A stretch of DNA of 63,811 nucleotides, filler included, from Phoronis australis (lineage: Eukaryota > Animalia > Phoronida), in assembly GCA_002633005.1 (NCBI GenBank). It is 5 parts of 5 records of this genome, joined end to end, with 100 filler letters (N's around TTAATTAATTAA, not from the genome) between each part and the next. Parts side by side here need not be neighbours in the genome. Positions count along the whole stretch, not along the records: positions 34,197 to 59,520 come from NMRA01000477.1; 4 more parts are not named here. One strand, 5' to 3'. The position numbers and the translations under genes are program-made. The notes under the pieces were generated by a model, which saw only the letters and a program-made list of their open reading frames with translations, was not told the origin of the DNA and searched no databases. Of the stretch, positions 38,462 through 51,410 are shown one piece after another. Each line of letters opens with the position of its first letter. Positions within the stretch are counted from its first letter, which is position 1.

Positions 38462-39187
38462 CATATAGAATGACACATTAATACTTGCTATTTTCATTAT
38501 TTTTTATTTTATTTAAAGCTGTTGATCAATTCAGGAGTAATGGAAAATTTAAAACCTCCAAAATGACCTTTGTTTTGTGCCCCTCTCTGCATGTCAGTGC
38601 CTCTACTTGTTAAGCTATAAAGTTCTGGAATGGATCTTCCCATTTGGTAAATAAAGCAACACTTAACTGTGCTCGCTTGAATTTAGGTCAAGTGAATGCT
38701 GTGCGCCTTCGTGGTATTTTTTTCTTCAGCCACGTGTCTACTCATGAAACCTTTCGAAAAGTGTGTATGAGGTGCAAAACACCTCTTGAAATTGTGAATA
38801 TTTGTGAACGTTGCAACCCCCTGTGACAGTTAATTCATATGCCTTCAGTGACTCTGTCAGAAAAGTTTGTGTTATTTGTAGGTGAGAATCAGCCCTAATT
38901 TTCAGACAAATATCAATAGTAATGTGCTTCATTGTAATTACAATTGGTTCACCTCATCCTTGGCATACACCAAACTAATCGGTCAATTCTCATGGAATTC
39001 AATTCTAGAGGAGTTTGTTTTGTGTCCTCACTAATTGACATTTTTAAGTGAAATGAAACTGTCTCTTGGGGATTATAAATCCGCAAGGTTAATGTCTGAT
39101 CTGTGCATGATGTACAATACTGGCGCATACCTATGCTATTTGCTGTCCTATTATTTTGTTTAATGCGTGTCTTTACATTTGTGTTAG

Positions 39188-39445
39188 ACCCTACAACACT
39201 TGCTGCAGCTACAATTACCACTGTGGTTGGAAGTGAAACAACAATTGACGTCAGTTGGACTGCTGTGGCTGGACCTAAAGACAGGTACAAAGTTTCATGC
39301 GGCACCCATCAGTTCATTGCTGACAAGGCTGATACCAAGAAACGTTGTGCTGACTTGACTCCTGGAACTGAGTACGTCGTCACCATAAGAACAATCAAGG
39401 CAGGATCGGATGATGCAGTTTCGACATCAAAGACGGCTAAAACAA
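39188..39445 (+). CDS. Fibronectin type III domain exon (receptor PTP/tenascin-like array)
   Basis: 258-nt phase 1-1 exon (TTAG| ... A|GTGAGT): TTIDVSWTAV...YKVSC...CADLTPGTEYVVTIRT. Confidence 0.88.
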
Positions 39446-39934
39446 GTGAGTGTTTGTTGCTATATATTCCTGTGTATATGTGCCAAGTAATGCAGGTTGT
39501 ATTACATACGACACTGGTGAGACAATTGCCAACCAATGGCTTCCGTATCAATATTTTGCCACTCTTTCGTGGATGGTCGTCTGTTTGCCCACGTCTTAAG
39601 TGATCCTGAATTGGATATTGTACCTTTGTAATCTTGGTCGTTAGGGTAAACTTGGCATGGTATTTGTTTTCCCTCTTGAAGGATAATTGCATCGTTTGTG
39701 AGACCTTCAATCCAGTAGTTTCATAATTGAATCTTGTTTACACTTTGTGACGGCCTGGAATTTGGCATTCCCACACATGGAGTTGCTTTTATCCATGGTT
39801 CTCATTCCCGTTTAGAACTTGGAAATTTTGCCAGTTAACACTATAAATATAATTATACCACAATATGAGCGTCAAATGGCAGATACAACCGTGTAATAAA
39901 GTTATCTCACTAGTGAGATAACGATTTGGCGGGA

Positions 39935-40008
39935 AACCGAGGACGTAGTCGAACCCGGGACTTTGGAATACTTGGTCGCCGACTTTACCACTACGTCCAC
40001 CACGCAGC
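39935..40008 (-). other. tRNA-derived (Pol III promoter-like) remnant
   Basis: TGGACGTAGTGG A-box-like and GGTTCGACT B-box-like at tRNA spacing. Stems do not close, so not a functional tRNA. Confidence 0.45.
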
Positions 40009-40552
40009 GACTGACGTCATCGAGAGTGAAAATACAATACTTAAATGAGCACGAGCAATAATCGCATGTTCAACAAACCGCATTGTACTGTAGTTATACG
40101 CTATGAAAAATAAGACACATAATTTCCATAAAAATGATGTCTTAATTCAGTGAAATTTTTCTGTCATGTCCTCTTACTTGTAAATACCGATCTCCAGTTT
40201 GAATGCGGGTATCGTATCGTCAGGATCTTTGACTTGAGAATTATATACAGTTACCAGTAGTAACTTACTTTAGCAGACGATAATTTCCCGGTCGAAGCTT
40301 AGCGTGAAAAAAAACGTGTTTTAAGCTATAATAGTTGGTAAACCTTAATTTATCAATTAAATTATTTCTATTATATTTAAGTTTTCAATTGGCTTTGAGT
40401 AAAAGCATTATTTGACAAAACTAGCCCCGCTTTTCTTAAAAGGTCACGACCTCCGACCCCGGGCCTCTGACATAGAAAGTAGTTAGAAAGCCGTGGAGAG
40501 TCAGAAAAGGTAAATCGATTCATTGCAATGTTTCTCGTTTAGTATGTAGTAT

Positions 40553-40720
40553 AAATAGATTATTACATGTTCTCAGCCGTTATCCCCCTTATCTAGAGCC
40601 CTCGTGGATTTTGGAGAATTATCCCCCTCGGGGCTAACGCCCCTCCGGCGATAATTCTCCAAAATCCACTCGGGCTCTAAAGAACGGTGGATAACGACTT
40701 CGCCACGTAATAATCTATAT
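40553..40720. mobile_element. ~170-bp near-palindromic MITE next to an (AC)n/(AT)n microsatellite
   Basis: ATAGATTATTAC...AGAGCCCTCGTGGATTTTGGAGAATTATC / GATAATTCTCCAAAATCCACTCGGGCTCT...GTAATAATCTAT. Confidence 0.85.
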
Positions 40721-40757
<37 letters not shown>

Positions 40758-41399
40758 AATATTTAATGGCATCGTCTAGAGAGTTCCATAATTTAGCTGA
40801 GACATATTTGTGGCTATGAGGTCCGGATGTGGTCGTATTGACTGATGGTACATCAGTGATTGGGGTTCTTCGGAAGTCAGTGTATGTGGAGTTTCATCCG
40901 GTTCCTGAAGTCGCTCATGTATTTCCTAGCCTGACGATGACTAGTTCATTGAGGTTAGTGAGACTTTACTTCATAAGCAGGGTGAATGTTACATGGAACG
41001 GCGTTGCTCGGTGTCATTATATTTTGTCACCGTACTTAGTGCTCTGCAACTGATAACAGCATTGTCAAAATTTCCCAGTTTTTCACTGAGATTTGCTCGC
41101 AGGCACAGTTGTATTTTAATCCCATTTTGCTCATGTATCCTGGCTTTCCATGGCGCGTTAGCGAATTTTGAGACCGGCCACTGAATGCACGGTCACTTCT
41201 TCATTGTGTAACTAATATTTCCAATTGTTGGTTGCAAACGACACAGTCGGGTCTGTTGCCAATCATCTTGCATGTATGCTGGGCATGACTCTCGTGTAGT
41301 GAGTCCGCGCTTTTGTTCGGGAATATGCCAGTAATATCCTCGTGTACCAGTATTGCGTTTGACCGACTAGCGTACATGTATACTAGTACTGACAACACC

Positions 41400-41645
41400 T
41401 GTTTCTGTTGTATTGCGGCTTCTGTGGGGGTGTTGTGGCCTTTCTGGGGGTGAGGGGGGTGTTGTGACTTCTCTAGGGGTGTTGGAAGTGTGAGAGTTGT
41501 TGTGACTTCTGGGGAGTTGTGACTTCATTAGGGTGTTGTGGAGAGTTTGTGTGGGTGTTGTGGCAAGTGTAGGATGTTGTGAAGTTTGAAGCGTTTTGTG
41601 GCGAATGTGGGTTGCTGTGGTGTTTTTAGAGGTGTTGTGGCAATT
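41400..41645. repeat. GT-rich degenerate minisatellite
   Basis: Recurrent GGGTGTTGTG / GTTGTGACTTCT words. Confidence 0.65.
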
Positions 41646-42521
41646 ATACGCTTCCATACATAACCCTGTGTCAACAATTATAACTGTTTTGCACAAGACC
41701 TGTAATGTGTTACGACACGACTGGTTAGTAAAACCGATAACGTATTTTTGATATCACATGGGCGAATCACAAAGCAGTGCAAAGTGGACATCAATACCAT
41801 TGATATTTTTCGTCTTCAAAACAATAGAACAATCAAACTCACGCCAACCCAACAATGTTGGAATTCCGAGAAAGCTACAAGGTTATGATTGACAAATCGG
41901 TTGTCGCAACTGTACGTTCTTCCAGTCGGTAGGATATGCAAACAACTTCTTAAACCGACCCATCTCAGGCGGCGAATTCAATTTCCACGTTCCTTCAAAC
42001 GGAAACGAGCCCCAACTCAAGAATCGCGGCGAGACTGTCTAGCTGTGCTGTCTCAAGCTCAATTCAGTGGTTACGCGCTGGGAAGACTTGCTGAATTATT
42101 TGTAAACATATTTTAAGTTTTAATATTAGAACTTCAAAGACTATTTATTAGATTCTAACTTGAATATTTGTTACTGAAAAGGAGAATGCAATTTACAATT
42201 GTTAAGTTAAAAATAAAACTATTAACAAAATCAATGAATTACTTCACATTGCGCAAGCGTGTTTTTACAAAGGTTGCGTCACGTGGTTGAAGGTTTTCAA
42301 CACGTCGAGTTTTTCGGCAAACGTGATCGTTCTTTACGGTTCATGCGAGAAAAAAAATCCTACACTCGTCTCAGATTGATGGCATGGGCAAAACCTCTTG
42401 GAAAGTTAGTCAAAATCCGTCGACAAGCCTCGGGATTTTGACGAAATTTTCAAAAAGTTTTGCCCATGTAACAGAACTGAAACTCGTGTAGGATTCTCTG
42501 TCCATGCTTGTACCTTTTCAG

Positions 42522-42773
42522 AACTCGCTGCAGCTATTATTGGCGAACTAGATCCAAGTGAGACAAAAATTGACGTCAGTTGGACTGCAGCACCTGGAGA
42601 CAAAGAGAGCTACAAAGTGTCTTGCGGCAAACATGACTTCAATGCAGATAAGACTGCTACCAACAAACGCTGTACTGGGTTGACTCCTGGAACTGAGTAC
42701 GTCGTTACTATAAGAACAGTCAAGGCAGGTTGGGATGACGCAGTTTCAATTTCAAGGACAGTCCAGACGACAA
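42522..42773 (+). CDS. Second fibronectin type III domain exon
   Basis: 252-nt phase 1-1 exon (TTTTCAG| ... A|GTGAGT): LAAAIIGELDPSETKIDVSWTAAPGDKESYKVSCGKHDFNADKTATNKRCTGLTPGTEYVVTIRTVKAGWDDAVSISRTVQTT. Absent from the ORF track. Confidence 0.88.
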
Positions 42774-43119
42774 GTGAGTATTGAGTGTTGTGTGTCCTTG
42801 TCTATAGGCGCCAAGTGCTGCGCATGACATTGCGCAAGGCATTGGAAAGGCACTTGATTTAAGAACTCCGCTCAATTGAATGGAAACATTGAAATTTCTT
42901 TCATTATCTGATTATTCATTCTTCCTAAAAATGACTTCAGCCCCAAAATTTGACCATCTACGGTACCTTAGATTAGGTTTGGCGACGTGATATGCACAAA
43001 ACGGAGCACGTGCTCAAAATAGTACAGGAAGCAATCAGATGGACCTTCGCACAATTGACAAGCAAAGCATTGGAGTTCGAGAAATATTGTTTGTGTCAAA
43101 CGGGCCCTCTAGAAGAAAT

Positions 43120-45302
43120 GATTCTGAATCGAAGATGCCTTTAAACTCTGATATTTTTATACGGTTTAAATGGGCAATACTTGTAGGTGTACCTCACGTT
43201 CTTTTCGTACATGACTTGCGAAAACGTACCACCCATGGTCAATGGAAATAACACGAAGTCTTACCTCCCGAATCAAGGAGAGTTCAGTTGTGAAATCCGG
43301 GATGTCCCAGTTGTCCGATACTTGATCTATCGTGAGACATCGTATGGGAAGATCCATAATTTGTTCAGCTTCCTGATCAACAAAACTTGTCTCAAGTGAT
43401 ATTTGCTACCGAACAATATTGTGCATGTAAACTCATAAGCTTAAAAACAGATGCTCCATAATCTCACAATTGATATTTACTTAGCGAAAATTTATTTTAG
43501 ACGTTTAACTCATCACAACACCAGAAATTTGTAACATGCACTACTGCTTATGCGCTAAATCTTGCCAGCAGCCCTCCATAAGAAATACACAAGAACAGGC
43601 TATAATCAGGAATTGATAAGTGAGGGGAGATAACTACACGATTTGCCGATAGCCTGTCGCATAGTGTGTATGTTAAGACTTGTCCACGTCTCTTGAAGTT
43701 TGAAGTTTGACCCATTCAGGCCTATGTTAACGATCGTCCTGAAGCCAATATTTGAGCGCATAGCTCATTTTGAAGTCAAGTTTGTGGCTGAATTCATTTT
43801 GCCATCGGGCTTGCCGATAGCGTAGGTGATTACCAGGAGTACTAAGAGGTTGCTGGTCCAAACTTCATGCTGTTTTTCGAAAAATATTCCACGTCTCTTG
43901 TGTTCAGAAAATGGATCCACGTACAGTGCTGTGAGATGAAATGTTGCCGATCGCCCGGCTGTCTTGCAATGCACTCTGTATAGATGGGAGATTAGCTCAG
44001 AATCGGTAAGAAACTGTTACGTTCATTTTCTCATCCGGTATGAGTTTAGAAATACTTTCGAAGTTTGAAAAAAGTCGGATTTTATACAGTTTTATGCAGG
44101 TTTTTCGCCTATGAGTATAGTTGATACTAGTTATCTTCAAAATGTTTTTTCGTTTTTTGTGACCCACAGAACGTTGTCCTTTCGTCTTAATTTAATACTG
44201 TTACATTGGAGTGGATTCCGGACACAAATATGTATTGGCAAACATCTGAAGATTAATAAAAAGCGCTTTGGCACTTTTGACAGCCCGCTTAAGGCTGCAA
44301 GCACACGCCGGCTGGCTGGCGTTCAATTCACTTTTGTTGTGCTTATGTGTAGGCCTACAAGTTAACACAGAGCTGTGACCCCAATGACCCAGATAGCACT
44401 GTAATACTGTAGACTGTGGAATTCCAGAAATTCCAAAGTCTGTTATTGTAAACTTGACAAGTATTGCTCTGCAGAATATACTGACTTCAGTCGGGCTCAC
44501 GGTACTAGCGCCCAAGCTTCCTGACCTTTAACCTTACTATGCGTTGTTATGATTGGTTAGGGACATGGTGCAAAGCGTCACCTAGCGGATCAAGAATGTT
44601 ACAAATATCTAGCGTTGATTTAAAATTGAAATTTGCAGTGAAATGGTAGTCCCTAAAGTTTACCAACTTGTAACATTTGTAATACGGGCAATATTGATAT
44701 AGAAACGCGTTTGATGTGGCATTTTGCGGTCCTGGCAAAATTATAAAAAAGGGTCCTTGCCAAGTGTCCACGTTAGAAACAACCGTGTGGGGGCCTGATG
44801 TTTAATCTATTTTTCAGACTAAAATTCGAGATCTTTTTAATAATATCTATTCTACTTCAGTACAAACTCGAGATGTATGTGTATTTTATTTTAGTCGAAT
44901 ATACTGTGGTCTACGTTCTTGTTCGTGCAATTCTGTAATTTTAAGTTCGATTTCAAGTATAACAATGGGACCCGACCATTTTTTCTTTAAACTCTAGGGC
45001 ACTGAGGTCTTAAAAATCTAAGTGTAAAGAAAGGGCAATGCTTTTCAGAAGGGAAAAAGTACCCTTTGTGTCTAAGTAGGAACGTGTCTGCATATTACTG
45101 TGAACTGTGTGCCCATGGCCCCCGATAATCAATGAAATTCAAGTCCATTCAAATTGCCATGCGCGAGCCAAAGAAGCGCAGCGCAGCCGTACTGTGAAAC
45201 TCACACTATTATCAGCTTCCACGACCTACACAACGAATAAACAAGGCTAAGTAATGTTAGTCCCGTGTTAATGGAAGCAAAGCAAAGTATCAACTTCATC
45301 AG
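43120..45302 (+). repeat. Segmental duplication copy B
   Basis: Matches 37380-38461 and ends at a single N (45303) followed by (TTGCCG)n. Confidence 0.9.
43516..44617. mobile_element. 1.1-kb TIR element without a target-site duplication
   Basis: TIR CAACACCAGAAATTTGTAACAT / ATGTTACAAATATCTAGCGTTG (19/22). Flanks CATCA + ATTTAAAA reproduce the empty site in copy A (37777-37789) exactly. Confidence 0.8.
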
Positions 45303-46302
45303 ANTTGCCGTTGCCGTTGCCGTTGCCGTTAATCTTTTTATCAATGTACATAAACGTCTTGTTGGTTTTGTAATCTAACCACGTTTGAACATTCCGACGG
45401 CAGTCACTTCATCTAGACCCCTGAGGCTCAAGTCAATCTTATGCATGCTATATTGCCACATCTACCCTTGCGACTGCTTCGTTAATTCTAGAATATGATA
45501 AACATAATCGCTGAAATACTTTGAATAATTGTACATGTAACAGTACAACATAAAATTTGACGGTAAGAAACTAACGCTTGAAATATAACTTTATTGTAAG
45601 TTTTACAAAAGTTAACCTATACTAAAATATTTGAAAATATAAACCCTAATGCAAAATGCACGAATGCGGATTTTAGAAGAAAACTTAAGATCGGATTCAT
45701 TCATGCAATGACAGTAGAAATGTCTCCGAGATCACATCAAATTATGTAAGTACGTTTGCGCAGAGTCTACATACAACACTGAGCATCAAAATGTACGTAC
45801 AGTACTGGTACTTTCAAATTTAGAAAAACCTATGAAACGCTTGGTCACATAACGATATGAGATATTCAACTTTATCAGAGGCAGTCTCCACTGAGCATCA
45901 AAAATGTGTATTTCACCTCATCAGGCATACGTTTAGTTCAGTTACACATGATAACGATCAATTTCATGTAGGCAAAGGAAGGAAACGCCCTTCTCCTAAG
46001 CCTGTCGCTAGCGAAGTGTCCGACACATACAGTCGCTCCTGCATGCCCACGTAAAAAAGGTGCACTGAGACGCAACAAAGACATTAGCATAAGAATAACT
46101 GAACATTTGCAACTAAATAGGTCACATTCTCCCCACTAACAAAAAATGTCGTCTCGACATCATTAACATACGATATGAAGACAAGCGCAGTGAAATGGAA
46201 GTCATTCAGTCTCCTCGTACTGGCTACAGACATCACAACGCACATTCCACTTTCAGCACGGCAACGCCTAGCGCGCTCGCACTAGCAGCTAAACTCAAAA
46301 TA

Positions 46303-49300
46303 CTAGAGACCTACCAAGTCCCTACCATCCAAGATCTCCGACCCATTTACAGTTTTAATCGGTCCGGCACCATCTGCCGCCCGCACATAATACACATTGT
46401 TTCTCCGAGAGACAATGTGATAAGGAACTGAACCAAATGCATTCTGAATTTTATTCCTCCCTATGATACTGTGGTCTCTCAGAAATACCGTTGCACCAAC
46501 CGGAAGTGATTGGGCGAACACACGTGTATCATTTCTAGCTTTAGTTCTATCATTCGAAGTGTCAGTAAAATACTGAGCACGCGCTGCCAAGCGTCTTTCA
46601 TTTTATCTGCTCTTAACTTTACATACTCATCTGTGGAACCATCTACCAGATTTGCTGCATCAAACCGCAGGAGAAAATCCGAAGAAAATTTCGGTTCCCT
46701 ACCAAAGAACAAGAAAAACGGAGAGTACTTACTGTGGTAGTGCTGTGTGGAGTAAAATTATACGACATCACCAGGTCATGCACATACTCCGGCCATTTAC
46801 GCTTGTGATCAATTGGCAAAGTTTTCAACAAATTATGCAATGTGCGATTAAAACGCTACACTGTGAATTTCCCTCAGGATGATATGGGGTTGTACGGGAT
46901 TTCTGAATGTCATATAATTTACACAACTGTTTAACCAGATCACTTTCAAAATTGCGACCCTGGTCGCTATGAATCCTGTCCGGACTACCGAATTTGTTGA
47001 ACCATTGCTCAATCAAAGCCTTGGCAACAGTCAGGGCAGTTTGATTGCTGTCACAACCTGCGTAAACTTCGTGAATACGTCAGTCATCACTAAGACGTTT
47101 TCCCTGCCGTCACTGGACGTCTCTAGAACAGTAAAATCAACGGCTAACACTTCATTGGGTCTACATGCAGTCAAGTGACTCATGATAGTCCTCGGTTTCT
47201 TGTATGGAGCCTTAGAAATTTGACACCTCGCACATGATTTGCAATAGCCTGCCACATCTTTTTGCATGCTTACCCAAAAGTAGCGATTGCTAATCAAAGG
47301 CAAATGTTCTCTCATACCCTTGGTGCCCAGCTGCATCGTGCAGAGACACCATAATCTCACTTCGTAGCGACTGTGGCACGACTGATATACTAACAACTTC
47401 ATTATCAACTGAGGAGACCCTGTTTGTGAACAGCATTCCCCGATCTAAGTACAGATCATTCCAATACCTCAAATATTTCCGTACACCGCTACTAGCGGTG
47501 TCATCAGGCCTACGTTTTGCTCGCAAGCATTCCATCACGCCACCAAGAGTAATATCATTACGTTGAAAATTCACCAATTCGGTGTTTGTTAGGGCAGGGA
47601 ATGACGACGAAGTGTCCAACCCACTCCGTGTCGTAACACCACAAAGCAAAGCCTGGCCGTGATCAGGCCACACTGTTCTTGACAGCGCGTAAGCGTCTAA
47701 GTTCGACTTATCAGTCTTGTACACAATCTGAAAATTATAATTAGCTAGCTCAGAAACCCACCTCTGAGAGCATGCATCCAGCTTAGCTGTAGACAATACA
47801 TATGTAACAGGGTTATTGTCAGTGTACACTACAAACGGCAAACCGCCGTATAGGTAATCGTTATGGCCCACTTAAGAGCCAGAAACTCAAGTTTATGTAC
47901 AGGATAGCGTTTCTCGGCTTCACTCAAACAACGACTCGCAAAGGCAATGGGTCTATTCAATCCCCCCGACTCCTGATATAATACCGCACCTAACGACGTC
48001 ATGCTGGCGTCAACGTGCACAGAAAATGGCTGCGTAAAATCAGCAAATGCCAGTACCGGGCTACTCGTGCACCTGCGTTTAAGTTTTTCAAAAACTTACT
48101 GTTCTTTATCACCCCAAACAAACAGTCCATTTGAGGTATCAGAAGAATTACGTTTACGACCAGTTACTCCCTTTGTAAGTGCATGAAGAGGCTGAGCAAT
48201 TAATGCAAAGTCTTGAATAAAGCGACGGTAAAACCCCACGAAACCTAAAAACTTTGCAAGTCTTTCACACACTTTGGAACAGGCCAATCTAACACAACCG
48301 CTATCTTATCGGGATAACATTCGACACCTTGTTGAGAAATCACGCCACCAAATACACAGTTCGCTGCTTAAAGAACTCACATTTTGACGGATTAAGTTTC
48401 ATACCAAACTCACGTACGCGTTGAAACACATTTCTCAATCGGGTTAGATGATTCTCAAATGTATCAATAAACACCAAAATATCATCCAACAATATCAAAC
48501 ACTCAGACAAATACAAGTCTCCCATACACATTTCCATCACTCGTTGAAACGTTGCAGGAGGCATTGGTTAACCCAAACGAAAGTCTATTGCACTCGTAAA
48601 ATCCGAGTGGACCTACAGTGAATGCTGTTTTATGTTTATCTTCCTCTGCTATATCTACCTGCCAATAAGCAGATTCCATGTCAAGAGTTGAAAAATATTG
48701 AGAACCATGGAGTGTATGCAAATTTCCAGTCGCACGAGGCAAAGCATAAGCATCCTTTACCGTGATCTCGTTCAATTTACGAACATTTAAGCAAAATCGC
48801 TACTCTCCAGACTTTCTTTCGTACTAAGACAATACTGGAAGCATATGGACTAGTGGACAGTCTGACAACCGCCAGTTGCAACATATCCTTTAAGTGAGCT
48901 CTAACTTCATCCAACATGTTAGGAGGAATAGAGCGATGTTGGTGTTTAAAAGGAACATCGCTTGTCAAATGTATCCTATGCTGAACCTGAGTAACATGAC
49001 CAAGATCCAAATCATTCTGCGCAAAAATATCGTGATATTCATTGAGTAAGCTTGTGACTCGGGCGCGCTGTTCAACATTTAATTCTGGGTTTATTGGGTT
49101 TATTATGAACTCCTCAGAATTCTCAGCTGAATCAGTACACGGAATTTCAGATGCCGTCTGATCCACCGGTACCAAGCTGCAGATGCTTGAACCAGCCGGA
49201 ACAGTAACAGACTTACAACCCACATTCGTGACTCTAACAGGAATAATATGATCCCCAGGGTTAATCTCATGCAATGTGGGCCACACCTGCAAGTTACTAG

Positions 49301-49860
49301 GAAGTGACAATGAACCATACTCTTCGATGACAACCTGTAAACTACAAGATGTACATGGGTTAACAGAAAATACAAGCATCGATTAATTGGGACATCCCAG
49401 ACGGAATGGTAATAGGTTTGTCAGTCTTAACTACGCCTGGAAGAGAGGTTTCACGATTAAACATGACATTTTTCAACAACAGCAACCAGTCTGAGTGATC
49501 TTCATTATCAACGAGATCTATCAAAACAGGCAAAGCATTAGTACCCACTATAACAGGAACACGGAAATTATAAGAAGTGTTTGGGACAACCAAAAACAAA
49601 ACATCAATTGACTCATCGGTATCGGGTACTCCAACAGTGACACTAACGTAACCCTTGTAAGGCAAAACTTCTCCGTTAGCGCACTCAACACGCAAAGGTC
49701 CAGTAATGTCTGAAATAGGCAGCACAGACAAACCAATATGCTGACACAAGCTCTCAGAGATCGTACTTGCTCTAGAACCTGTATCGAGTAAACATATACA
49801 TCTCACATTTGCAATCATTAATTCCTTTTCAAAGGACTCCCCTACTAAGCCTACTGAGGG
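46303..49860 (-). pseudogene. pol: Frameshifted pol: protease, RT, RNase H, integrase
   Basis: CLLDTGS; KTAF..PLGFYE; LLDDILVF (YxDD degenerate); VDAS..SLGAVLYQ; KLEFLALKWA; HDAAGHQG..CARC; AVDF; [10 protein letters not shown]; TTPYHPEGN. Confidence 0.95.
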
Positions 49861-50615
49861 GGTTTTCCGTGCGATCGAACTACTAATTTCTCTAAGCGCC
49901 CAGCCCATTGGGTAACGCTTTCATTTTTATCCTGTCTAGAACTGCAGAATTTTTCAACAATTTTTCCAACAGGTAACACATTACCGTATCTAGACCTTAA
50001 CTTACTAAGCAATTCGTTCACAGACAAATCAGATTCAAGCAATTCAGCGGCACTGCCCCTCAACGAGCGTGTGATCGCTTGTTTCAGAAAACCATCGTTT
50101 TGCAACGTAACCTGCAAACACTGAACTTCGCCTAACCACTGTTGAAAGGAAATACCCGAGCTCTCACTACCTGAAAATGCGGGTAAGCGAACAAGATCAC
50201 TATGAAAAACATTACCCCATGAGTTCACACTTGAAGATGCATGTTTACTCTCAACACTGCTACGGTCGCCGGACCCAACAACAGATGACACAATTTTCTT
50301 TTGACCAGGAGACAGCTCCCCTATCAATGAAATCAACGATGACATATTTTCATCACTTTTACCGGCACATTCACGAAGAAATGACTCATCAGTACCAGTA
50401 GCTTTTGCAATTTTCAATTTGAAATCCTTGAAATGGTTCTTACGTACAAAATTAACACACTTGTCAGAATCAAAGACTATGTAAAAGGATATGTTAACTC
50501 GCCAAGCATGCTTAACGCCATTGTGAATTTCAGCGGGCAGAAAATTCAACAACTCACCATCCTCACACTCTGGTACGTCACCAACAATCACACATTTGTC
50601 ACACAGCGAATCCAT
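49851..50615 (-). pseudogene. gag: PNMA-like Gag (capsid region), C-terminally deleted
   Basis: LPAFSG..SFQQW...SLRGSAAELL...KLRSRYG...F.SSRQDKNESVTQWAGRLE. No CCHC knuckle before the protease. Confidence 0.8.
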
Positions 50616-50706
50616 GACAAAGGATGAAATATAAGGAACATAAACAAACTTAGAATCGCCCCAGTAATGTGAGATAACCTGACCTACTGCATGAAAATAC
50701 ACTAGC

Positions 50707-51410
50707 TTAAGAAATTAAAGATCTCTCAATACCAGGCACATTAAGTGAACTTATGTCAAACAACATTAACACAAAAACATTTTCAGTGACACAAAATGCA
50801 ACTGAGTTCAGTTTCCTGCAGGATAGGGCGTCGTCAAATACATAGTCCAGAAACTTCCGTTCCCTTCGAGCACGAGGATTTCTTCCAGACACCACCACGA
50901 ACTTGTGACCACGTTAGTAGCAAATTAAGACATTGTCCTTTCCAGAGAAAATTCTTAACCGAGCCGCGACACAAATCTTGTAAAGTCAATAAGCTTTTTT
51001 TCCGTCTTCGTGAGATGTCACAGCCATCCATAGTGAAACTAATTATAATATCACCAAATATTAAATCTCTTGTACAATCTTTAAAGGATCACCACATTAA
51101 TATAAGTTGTGCAATACAGAAGTTCCTAACAATCTACTTTCAAAACACATAACAGTACCCTTGATAATGATATTCAAGTTCATGTAGTTTACCATAATGC
51201 CCACATACTGCAAGTTCAAAAATAACATTAACTGAGGGTAAGAACAGAATAAGATCTTCGGCATACATAAGATGATTGATGTACACAGGAGATAGGACTG
51301 CACAGACAATTACAGAGTCACTCAAAAGTAATATAAGTCCAACCATGTCCACACTGAAAAGTTCGCCCAATAGTATACCATCTTGTCGAACGCCATTTGA
51401 AGCTTTGAAG
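50707..51410 (-). mobile_element. Degenerate non-LTR retrotransposon RT fragment
   Basis: NGVRQDGIL..LFSV...INHLMYAEDL.L..PS (GVRQGG and YADD motifs decayed). Confidence 0.75.

Larger units (their letters stand above)
45536..50702 (-). mobile_element. Decayed Ty3/Gypsy LTR retrotransposon with PNMA-like Gag, 5' LTR missing
   Basis: Domain order gag-PR-RT-RH-IN. PPT AGTGGGGAGAA precedes an LTR starting TGTGAC at 46126 and probably ending GTTACA at 45536. Confidence 0.92.

Noticed and set aside
41367-41696. Thr/His/Pro-rich 109-aa ORF
   Set aside because: Reverse translation of a GT-rich low-complexity repeat.
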